Positions 57,309-64,000 of a DNA stretch of 64,000 bases are shown one piece after another. Every line of letters starts with the position of its first letter. Position 1 is the stretch's first letter. Location: the IMG/VR virus record IMGVR_UViG_3300007516_000009. One strand, 5' to 3'. The stretch comes from an uncultured virus (IMG/VR IMGVR_UViG_3300007516_000009) (Duplodnaviria > Heunggongvirae > Uroviricota > Caudoviricetes). The translations under genes and the position numbers were made by a program. The notes under the pieces were generated by a model. It did no database searches and was not told the DNA's origin. It saw nothing but the letters and a program-made list of their open reading frames with translations.

Positions 57309-58898
57309 TTATGCATAACTTGTATTCGAGGTTACAGTTAATATAACATTCGCGGTACTTGTTGTAGCATAAGAACCGAACAATTTCATGCCGGCAGGGT
57401 GTAATATTCGTTTGACTATTGTATCATATGTCTTAAGAAACTCAGGAACCTTAATAACATACGAGTATTCCTGATAGTAATAGTTGTCTTGCAGTTTATT
57501 ATTCCACGATAACCAACCGCGCGTATCTATATATTTGCCGGTATAAGCAACGATTCCAGAAACAGTTGCATCGCCGAAACCTGGTTGCGTGGCGCTGCGT
57601 GTAAGATTTGCTATATCGACGACTTCTTTGCGAGTATATCCGCCGCCAAACGATTGAATGCTGACCGATAGAATAGTTCCTGTAACATTACGAGCTAGAA
57701 TAGTTGAGTTATTGCCTTTCCATTTGCCGGTGCCGTCTGGAATTAGTAATGCGAAGACGGGCTCAAACACGGCGGTTGTAGTTGGTAGTGCTGTATCATA
57801 CCCGAATCCGTAGTTAGTCATAGTTAATGCAGAGATCGTGCCGATGATAGAATTAGAAAATGCAAGGCCGGTTTGTAGAGGAGACGATACGTTAGCAGAA
57901 GCCAAGTTTGCACTCACTGCCGCCGTATTAGCACCAAGCGAAACAAATGTTGGACCAGTATTTAATACTACACTTGACATCGCGCCAATTAAGTCGGTGT
58001 TAAACAGAAGAATTTCTGTACCTGAAATTCCAGATACGGTGTAATTTGCAAGTGATCCAGACCCGCCGGTTACCGTTATAAGAGAATTTGTCTGGTATCC
58101 GCTCCCGCCATTAACGATATAAAACTCAACAGCCGAAGTGTCTGATATTTCAGTTACGGTCCCGATAGCACCAGATCCGCCAGGACTTGTAAATGATACT
58201 GAGTCACCGGTCTGATGAAACGCACCACCAGAAACGATAGTCATTGATCGCAAAGAACCCTGAGTACTAAGAATCGTTGCGTTAACTGTGTTGCCGCTAT
58301 TATGAATTAGTTCGCCGTCTTGAAATGTGCCGCTAATATCAATAAGAAACAATTCATCAACGAGAATGCCGCGTTCGATAGTTCCAACGATCCGATCTAC
58401 TTTTGCGGACGCGCCGGATATACCCCCAAACAATGAACTTCCAGCTAACGTATCTAATATTCCAAGCCGAGGAGCTGCAACTCTTATAGATGTTTCTTGT
58501 ATCCATCTGCCATCTGAAGCTCGGAGCATGTCATCTCCGGGATAATAAAAATCAATTTCTTCATTATATAGAATTCTGAATAACAATTGGTACGATGCTT
58601 CACTTCCTCGTGATCTGTAGATGTCTTTGATGTGTTTTAGTAACAGCGGTTTATCAGCTAGAATATCCCTCGGAATTGATTCCATAATCTCCCGGTGGAA
58701 GTATTCAAGATATTTGTCATACGTAGTATCGATGTCTTGATATACAAGCAGATTTTTACTAACTTCAAGCGCGTTGTTAGCTTGTTCCATCCACTCATAA
58801 TAAGCTTTAACGAACGCGACCAACTTCGGCCCATCATCACGAGCAAAATCTGGAAACTGGGCTTCTACAAGACTTGAAACTTTTTGGTCTGTTGACAT
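57309..58898 (-). CDS. 7: Baseplate wedge initiator gp7-like
   Basis: QFP.F, F.KAYYEW, Y.SRG...S...LFR.LY, LQD.YYYQ.YSY, HPAG.K.FG. Confidence 0.82.
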   Translation of the reverse strand: MSTDQKVSSLVEAQFPDFARDDGPKLVAFVKAYYEWMEQANNALEVSKNLLVYQDIDTTYDKYLEYFHREIMESIPRDILADKPLLLKHIKDIYRSRGSEASYQLLFRILYNEEIDFYYPGDDMLRASDGRWIQETSIRVAAPRLGILDTLAGSSLFGGISGASAKVDRIVGTIERGILVDELFLIDISGTFQDGELIHNSGNTVNATILSTQGSLRSMTIVSGGAFHQTGDSVSFTSPGGSGAIGTVTEISDTSAVEFYIVNGGSGYQTNSLITVTGGSGSLANYTVSGISGTEILLFNTDLIGAMSSVVLNTGPTFVSLGANTAAVSANLASANVSSPLQTGLAFSNSIIGTISALTMTNYGFGYDTALPTTTAVFEPVFALLIPDGTGKWKGNNSTILARNVTGTILSVSIQSFGGGYTRKEVVDIANLTRSATQPGFGDATVSGIVAYTGKYIDTRGWLSWNNKLQDNYYYQEYSYVIKVPEFLKTYDTIVKRILHPAGMKLFGSYATTSTANVILTVTSNTSYA

Positions 58899-60766
58899 TA
58901 ATAAACCACCGAGTTAATTCCAGTATCTACAACCGTTGTAGTTACGCCTGCCGTCGTCGCTTCCTGTGTAACCGCAACCACAATATTTGTAGTATCATCT
59001 ATTACAGCGACAGTAGCACCCGCAAACAACAAAATCTGATTTCGTACTGCAGTGATATCATTTTTTAGTGCATCTGCATATATACTCAATTCGTTCCCAG
59101 CAAAAGCCGTCGGAAAAAATGAATTGAGTGTAAGTAATCCGGTAGTATAATCTATAGTTCCGAGTGAATCTCTTATATAAACAATAGATTCATCTGATTG
59201 TATGTAATAAGAACGAAGTATTCCTTCACCGTCGTCATCTATATATGCCGTCTGAGCGGCTGATGTAAAAGCAGTAGACGAAACGTGGTGTGAACCGGAG
59301 TGTGATGTGTGGCCGAGAGAAATTGGGCTGTCTATTGCATTATTAAATGCGAGTCGATATGTAGTAGCGGCTGTAATGCTCGGCACAAAGCGCTTTTCCA
59401 TCTTCACCGCTGCGCTACTCGATACAATAGAAGTATCAGCATCATCGAGTGCGCGGATGAACCGACTGTGCCGAAATTTGTTATTAGTAAAGGTCCCGAG
59501 ATTATTAGTTTCAAACGTCACAATAGCAGTAAGTACTTTTGTCTGTACAGCTGTTGCGCTTAGTGTAGTAAGATTAGGATTATATCGGACGATCACGGTG
59601 GGTTTAATATAGAGGAATGATGCATCTACAAATTCAGGATCAACGGACACAATATTATAGCGCTTTAATTGACGCTTCAATTGATTCTTTCGGTCCTGAG
59701 AAACAAGATTACCTGAGCTTGGTTTAACAGAAATATAGACTTTTCCGAAAATTGGTGGACTATTTTCTTCACCACCCCATACTGATACCGATGCCAGATC
59801 ACCGTTTTCACGAAGAATAATTCGTTTATAATCTTCAGATAATACAGCACGATTCTGTGTTTCAAAATTCTTCGGTGCATTAAACTTAATTGACGCGATG
59901 GATTCTGTATTAGAACCACCGGCCGAAGCCGCAACCGCGGATGTAGTAAACGTAGAATAAGTGCCAAGAGTAGAAGGATCGGTAAACGCAGATATATCAT
60001 TACCGCGTGAACCACTACAAATACGATAATTTACTACCACAATATTGCCAGTGACCGGGCTTTTTCCAAGAACGGCGTCGCCAAAATAAAGTTCGTACCG
60101 ATCATTAGTGTCCTGAAGAAAATACACCGCTGAGTTTGCAAGCACTTGTGTGATATCATCGGCCTGAACATACCGAGTTAGTGTAGTATCCACACTCGAC
60201 GTCTGCACATCGACTAATAGCGAGGTTGTATCAACATCTGCATTAGGAAGAATATAGCGAACTGGACTACTTGTATCGACAGTAAACCTATGAGTTATTG
60301 GCCGACCCTCGGTGATAGTAATAGTCGAAGCATATACGCCATTATTCGCTGTTATAATAAATGCAGACGGAGTAACAAACTTGAGATCTTCGCCGTCGAT
60401 TGCGGTAGTCCATTCAGTATTCCGAGCAATTGTAACCGTATCTGGTGTGCCGGTTGGTGTGATCGTAACAGCAAGTGTCGTTGAGGCCCCTCTCGCTGAA
60501 CGAGGAGTATAACCGAGCATCTTAGCACGGGCGGTTACGTTATCCCTAAGTTGCGCCGAGTCCAAGAACATTTCGTTACCGACCATGCTTGCATAGAAAG
60601 CATTCTGATATGTGTTATATGCAAGCAGATCAAGAAGCATACTGATAGTCGACCCCTCGAAATTGTAATCAGTAAAGTCCGGTCGGCTCGAAATGAATGT
60701 TTTCATAGAAGCCTTCAGCCGATCAAAATCAAGCTCTGTTACACTGATAGTAGAATTAGCTGCCAT
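58898..60766 (-). CDS. 6: Baseplate wedge subunit gp6
   Basis: LDFD, FTDYNFEGS, LAYNT, NEMFLDSA, FGD..GK, QNRAV..DY, WGGE, G.IDY.TG. Confidence 0.95.
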   Translation of the reverse strand: MAANSTISVTELDFDRLKASMKTFISSRPDFTDYNFEGSTISMLLDLLAYNTYQNAFYASMVGNEMFLDSAQLRDNVTARAKMLGYTPRSARGASTTLAVTITPTGTPDTVTIARNTEWTTAIDGEDLKFVTPSAFIITANNGVYASTITITEGRPITHRFTVDTSSPVRYILPNADVDTTSLLVDVQTSSVDTTLTRYVQADDITQVLANSAVYFLQDTNDRYELYFGDAVLGKSPVTGNIVVVNYRICSGSRGNDISAFTDPSTLGTYSTFTTSAVAASAGGSNTESIASIKFNAPKNFETQNRAVLSEDYKRIILRENGDLASVSVWGGEENSPPIFGKVYISVKPSSGNLVSQDRKNQLKRQLKRYNIVSVDPEFVDASFLYIKPTVIVRYNPNLTTLSATAVQTKVLTAIVTFETNNLGTFTNNKFRHSRFIRALDDADTSIVSSSAAVKMEKRFVPSITAATTYRLAFNNAIDSPISLGHTSHSGSHHVSSTAFTSAAQTAYIDDDGEGILRSYYIQSDESIVYIRDSLGTIDYTTGLLTLNSFFPTAFAGNELSIYADALKNDITAVRNQILLFAGATVAVIDDTTNIVVAVTQEATTAGVTTTVVDTGINSVVY

Positions 60767-61161
60767 TATCGTATACGCTCCAATAGGATATTGATTATAA
60801 TAGGCTCAGAACTGTTTTGGACTCGAAATATAATAGTCACATTAAGCGCATTAGAATCAGGGGTTGCTTGCACTTTAATATCATCAAGCAATGCCCGTGG
60901 CTCGAAGTTATCTATAACCTGCCGAATGTTTTTAGAAATATTGAATTCCGTAAGTGTATCCATATTCTCGAATAGTTGTGAGCGTATATCTCCGCCCAGG
61001 GTAGGATTATATGGCCGCTCATAGAAATTAGTCAATACAAGGCTCTTCACACTCTGCTTCACTGCATCCCGATTAACCACCGGCTTTATATTACCAGTCA
61101 CTGGATGCGCAGTAAAGCTAAGTGGTATATCTTTGAAAACTTTTTCTTTTAATTCGGGCAT
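60766..61161 (-). CDS. 25: Baseplate wedge subunit gp25
   Basis: D..L.F..HP.T, AVK.SVK.L.LT..YERP, LFE, FEPR, LERIR. Confidence 0.95.
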   Translation of the reverse strand: MPELKEKVFKDIPLSFTAHPVTGNIKPVVNRDAVKQSVKSLVLTNFYERPYNPTLGGDIRSQLFENMDTLTEFNISKNIRQVIDNFEPRALLDDIKVQATPDSNALNVTIIFRVQNSSEPIIINILLERIR

Positions 61162-61205
61162 TGATCAGTCCTTGTTTTATTATTTATACTTGCAAAATAA
61201 GTTCA

Positions 61206-61279
61206 TTTTTCCTATTGACTTTATATCCAAACCGGTTATAATAGGCCTTGCCGCCTTTGAATAACATATTAAGTGGTTT
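61206..61279 (+). repeat. Copy B of the 74-bp promoter element
   Basis: 73/74 identical to 42829-42902. Confidence 0.92.
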
Positions 61280-61354
61280 AACTGATATGTTCAGATTGAT
61301 TAAAGACAGAACATAGACAAATCTAGTAGTCAAATAGGTATAAGTTGAGATACC

Positions 61355-61387
61355 AAAAAAGCCCGAATACATGACTGTTTCGGGCTT
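61355..61387 (-). terminator. Terminator closing the QVxx array transcript
   Basis: AAGCCCGAA...TTCGGGCTT stem followed by a T-run on the minus strand. Confidence 0.7.
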
Positions 61388-61413
61388 AATTATTATGTAT
61401 CTTCTGTTAACTA

Positions 61414-61572
61414 TCAGTGATAAAGGTGCCAATCTAATAATCCAGCAAGTCGACTATTAATTCGTATATAAATCTGCTTTAAAAGCTTGTTGCGAATCAA
61501 TTCTACTTCTGGACAAGCTCCCGCAAGTGGATATCGTTCTTTACAGAGAAGTGTAGCTTTAACGGATTTCAT
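61414..61572 (-). CDS. Last ORF in the chain (52 aa, MKSVKATLLCKERYP...), without QV repeats
   Basis: My translation; starts at the family junction motif. Confidence 0.45.
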   Translation of the reverse strand: MKSVKATLLCKERYPLAGACPEVELIRNKLLKQIYIRINSRLAGLLDWHLYH

Positions 61573-61753
61573 TTAGCCGATCCTTAACTTGCTGCTCGGC
61601 TTGATGCCCGATTTGATCATAGACTTGATCCGAGACTTGATTCCGGACTTGATGCCGGACTTGACGCTCGACTTGACGCTCGACTCGATCCCCGACTTGA
61701 TACCAGACTTGCTGCTCGACTCGATCCCAGACTTGATGTTTAACGGATTTCAT
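61559..61753 (-). CDS. QVxx-repeat mini-protein (64 aa)
   Basis: MKSVKHQVWDRVEQQV...KDRLNEIR*. Confidence 0.7.
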   Translation of the reverse strand: MKSVKHQVWDRVEQQVWYQVGDRVERQVERQVRHQVRNQVSDQVYDQIGHQAEQQVKDRLNEIR

Positions 61754-61910
61754 TTAGCCGATCCTTAACTTGCTGCTCGGCTTGATGCTCGGCTTGATGC
61801 CCGATTTGATCATAGACTTGATCCGAGACTTGATTCCGGACTTGACGCCAGACTTGATCACAGACTGGAGCCCTGACTTGATACCGGACTTGCTGCTCAA
61901 CGGATTTCAT
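61740..61910 (-). CDS. QVxx-repeat mini-protein (56 aa)
   Basis: My translation: MKSVEQQVRYQVRAPVCDQVWRQVRNQVSDQVYDQIGHQAEHQAEQQVKDRLNEIR*. Confidence 0.7.
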   Translation of the reverse strand: MKSVEQQVRYQVRAPVCDQVWRQVRNQVSDQVYDQIGHQAEHQAEQQVKDRLNEIR

Positions 61911-62183
61911 TTAGCTGATCCTTAACTTGCTGCCAGACTTGATGATAGACTCGTTCTTTCACGGATTTTATGTAGTTGATGATAGACTTGATCACAGACC
62001 TGATGCCAGACTTGACGCCGGACTTGATACCGGACTTGATCACAGACCTGAGGCCAGATCTCAGGCCAGACTTGATTCCGGACTTGACACTCGACTTGAT
62101 GTCAGACTTGATCCCAGACCTGATGCTGGACTTTATTATGGACATGATTCCAGATATATAATTCGATCTTTAACGGATTTCAT
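61897..62183 (-). pseudogene. Disrupted QVxx modules
   Basis: ATG 62183 loses frame in a TA run; TGA at 62102-62104 in the QV frame; junction at 61971 has ATA for ATG and GAA for TAA. Confidence 0.65.
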
Positions 62184-62192
62184 TGACTTAGT

Positions 62193-62447
62193 CTATAGTT
62201 CTTCATTTACTTCTACAAACAACTCAGTCATTTGCTCTGTAGTAGAAAAATGAGCAATAACAACCAACAAAGCGTCGCAGTATTTCAGATCATAGGCCAA
62301 GTCTTCTTTCGTATGATCTTCCGTCGCGGGTTGCTTCTCAATGCGCGCAATAAGCTTCTTGGTACTCTTCAAAGAATCAATCAACGACAAGCGAGTAATA
62401 ATATCCGCTGTTTCGTAATCCAGCCGAATTCCTTCTAAATAGATCAT
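62193..62447 (-). CDS. Hypothetical protein embedded in the array
   Basis: GGAGG RBS; LDYETAD.IT...L pattern; no QV repeats. Confidence 0.7.
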   Translation of the reverse strand: MIYLEGIRLDYETADIITRLSLIDSLKSTKKLIARIEKQPATEDHTKEDLAYDLKYCDALLVVIAHFSTTEQMTELFVEVNEEL

Positions 62448-62570
62448 AGTATGTTCCTCCAGTTAGGTTTGGTTTATTTATTTGTCCATACTCTAAAGAT
62501 ATCACGCCCGATCAGTTTATAAATCCTTTGTTTTTATTGAATAATACAGCTCATATTTAACGGATTTCGT

Positions 62571-62894
62571 CTAGTTGCTCCAGCTTTGCTGCCAGACTCG
62601 AGGCCGGACTTGACGATGGACTCGATCATAGACCTGATGCGTGACTCGAATCCTGACTTGACGCTCGACTTTATTATCGACTTGATGCAAGACCTGAGGC
62701 CGAACTTGATTATAGACTTGTTCCAAGACTCGCTGCTTAACTCGATGCCGAACTTGATTATAGACTGAACCCCGAACTTGACACTGGACTTGATTATAGA
62801 CTTGATCAAAGACTTGATCCCGGACTCGATCATAGACTTGACGCCGAGCTTGACCCAAGACTTGAAGCACGACCTGCTTTTTAACGGATTTCAT
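62571..62894 (-). CDS. Long QVxx-repeat protein (107 aa), frameshifted just before its canonical end
   Basis: MKSVKKQVVLQV...; EQLDEIR* is present in a neighbouring frame ending near 62557. Confidence 0.65.
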   Translation of the reverse strand: MKSVKKQVVLQVLGQARRQVYDRVRDQVFDQVYNQVQCQVRGSVYNQVRHRVKQRVLEQVYNQVRPQVLHQVDNKVERQVRIRVTHQVYDRVHRQVRPRVWQQSWSN

Positions 62895-63051
62895 TTAGTT
62901 GCTCCTGGACCTGATTATAGACTTGATCACAGACTTGATCACAGACTTGACGCCAGACTTGATGACGGACTTGATCCCGGACTTGATCCCGCATTTGACG
63001 CTGGACTTGATGACGGACTTGATCATAGACTTGCTTTTTAACGGATTTCAT
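62881..63051 (-). CDS. QVxx-repeat mini-protein (56 aa)
   Basis: MKSVKKQVYDQVRHQVQRQMRDQVRDQVRHQVWRQVCDQVCDQVYNQVQEQLNEIR*. Confidence 0.7.
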   Translation of the reverse strand: MKSVKKQVYDQVRHQVQRQMRDQVRDQVRHQVWRQVCDQVCDQVYNQVQEQLNEIR

Positions 63052-63208
63052 GTAGTTGCTCCAAGACTCGATCCATGACTCGATATGTGGCTTGGTGCCA
63101 GACTCGATGCCAGATTTGATTAAAGACTTGATTTCCAGAGTCAACTTCGACTTGTCACGCGACTTTATCTAAGACTTGATTCCGGATTTGCTCTTTAACG
63201 GATTTCAT
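63038..63208 (-). pseudogene. QVxx module with one in-frame TGA
   Basis: MKSVKEQIRNQVLDKVA*QVEVDSGNQVFNQIWHRVWHQATYRVMDRVLEQLHEIR*; TGA at 63155-63157. Confidence 0.65.
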
Positions 63209-63323
63209 TCTCGACTCGATTACGGATTTCATTTCCAGACTGGGCCCAGTAGGACAAGCCGGTTCGCGAACCGGCTTGTTATCTTACTCTCCTGTTTCAG
63301 TAAGAAAGTGCGTGTTCGGCGGC

Positions 63324-63581
63324 CTATACGGCGACGCCGCCCTGGGTCCATGCCTGGAACAGGCCTACCGGCGCCATGCCTTCGGTCCCATCCTCGTGCG
63401 TCCAGCCGGCGGGCGCCTCATAGACCGTGAACCCTCGGTCCATGAAGAAGTCCACCTCCTCGAAGGGGTCGACCTCTGCGGGCGCGACCAGGTGGCATGC
63501 GCGACTCGGTGATGTGGCGCGGACCGAGCTGATGACGCCGGTGGCGAAGTCGATCAGTACGTAGGTCTTGTTGGTATCCAT
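63324..63581 (-). CDS. GC-rich early hypothetical protein
   Basis: Behind an early promoter and TGAAACAGGAGAC leader. Confidence 0.65.
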   Translation of the reverse strand: MDTNKTYVLIDFATGVISSVRATSPSRACHLVAPAEVDPFEEVDFFMDRGFTVYEAPAGWTHEDGTEGMAPVGLFQAWTQGGVAV

Positions 63582-63586
63582 AATCT

Positions 63587-63635
63587 GTCTCCTGTTTCAA
63601 TATAGTTACTATATCACACTCAGAAACGATGTTAA
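63587..63635 (-). promoter_or_regulatory. Early promoter plus leader cassette
   Basis: TTAACA-16 bp-TATAGT then TTGAAACAGGAGAC; shares ACATCGTTTC...TGTGATATA with 14104-14152. Confidence 0.65.
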
Positions 63636-63666
63636 CAATTATTTTTAAAATCTTTTATAAAGCGTA

Positions 63667-64000
63667 TTAGCCCGCAACCGCAAATATTTCTGCGATGCTA
63701 TCATATAAGTCGAATTGCCCGCAAACTAACTCATGTTTACCCGCTTTAGGAAAGTCAACTATTTTAGAATAGGGCGATTTCCGCGCGTATATCACAACAC
63801 CGGCAGTCTTATATAGTTTATTCCATACATATCGGCCGCCAGGCGATTGGCTGTCACCCGCCTTGAGTGTGATATCTAGCTTAGTCAATATGAACTTATA
63901 GAGCTTAATAGCTAGGTTGTCGCCGCGGAACCGACTATCAACTTTTAGCACATTAATGCACCACACATTACGCGCTTTTGATAGTCCCACTAAAGCAACA
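63667..64000 (-). CDS. GNAT-fold acetyltransferase-like protein, C-terminal part
   Basis: V...FRG..LA.KLY acetyl-CoA-binding-like motif and DSQSPGGR.VW; the frame runs off the window. Confidence 0.5.
   Translation of the reverse strand, partial: VALVGLSKARNVWCINVLKVDSRFRGDNLAIKLYKFILTKLDITLKAGDSQSPGGRYVWNKLYKTAGVVIYARKSPYSKIVDFPKAGKHELVCGQFDLYDSIAEIFAVAG

Larger units (their letters stand above)
61559..63232 (-). repeat. Array of 12-bp-period repeats (CAAGTC-N6) organised into chained mini-genes
   Basis: GACTTG/GACTCG/GACCTG recurring at 12-bp spacing on the + strand; ten ACGGATTT junction motifs. Confidence 0.95.

Noticed and set aside
62102..63157. TGA reassignment (alternative genetic code)
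   Set aside because: gp45, gp44, gp46 and uvsY end at TGA at their expected C-termini, and core genes have no internal TGA.
61559..63232. CRISPR array
   Set aside because: The period is 12 bp with codon-structured variation, not 25-45-bp repeats with unique spacers; no cas genes in the window.
61559..63232. Diversity-generating retroelement
   Set aside because: No reverse transcriptase in the window; the closest duplicate pair differs by a 12-bp indel, not by adenine-specific substitutions.
61897..63430. ORF-track calls in the IKSxx and DLxx frames (61897-62145, 62534-62833 and several + strand ORFs)
   Set aside because: By-products of a stop-poor repeat; only the QV frame starts and stops at the junction motif.
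1..64000. tRNA or rRNA genes, and most + strand ORFs
   Set aside because: No cloverleaf or rRNA signature found by eye (tRNAscan-SE would be decisive); the + strand ORFs are antisense shadows of well-supported minus-strand genes.

Overview
This 64-kb window is part of a T4-like (T4-superfamily) myophage genome, with almost every gene on the minus strand. Reading along the direction of transcription (right to left), it contains: (1) an early region with an unusual array of small, chained QVxx-repeat ORFs (61.4-63.2 kb); (2) baseplate genes gp25, gp6, gp7, gp8 and a 2028-aa VrlC-like protein; (3) a fibre with a GC-rich chaperone/LamG cassette; (4) the neck, terminase, tail and head block gp13-gp23 plus gp3; (5) uvsY, uvsW, gp55, gp47, gp46; (6) peptide deformylase, DexA and MazG-like genes, then a sugar-transfer cluster (TAGT/GREB1-like glycosyltransferase, UDP-glucuronate epimerase, FkbM methyltransferase, DUF3310-like, second glycosyltransferase); (7) gp45, gp44, gp62, regA, ligase, hsp20, gp43, uvsX, gp40, gp41; (8) late, probably capsid-internal proteins including an ADP-ribosyltransferase-like protein. 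Thirteen TATAAATA late promoters and several sigma70-like promoters are visible. An alphaproteobacterial host is plausible but is inference only. Best candidates for new biology: the MKSVK...(QVxx)n...LNEIR chained mini-gene array with a decayed outlier copy near gp23; a 74-bp promoter element present three times, at uvsY and twice facing against late transcription; the putative DNA-hypermodification cluster; a protease-site-flanked module shared by two internal proteins; a LamG domain inserted into neck protein gp14; and recoding-like signals in gp47 and gp46. All family assignments come from motif recognition by eye; no database search was run.
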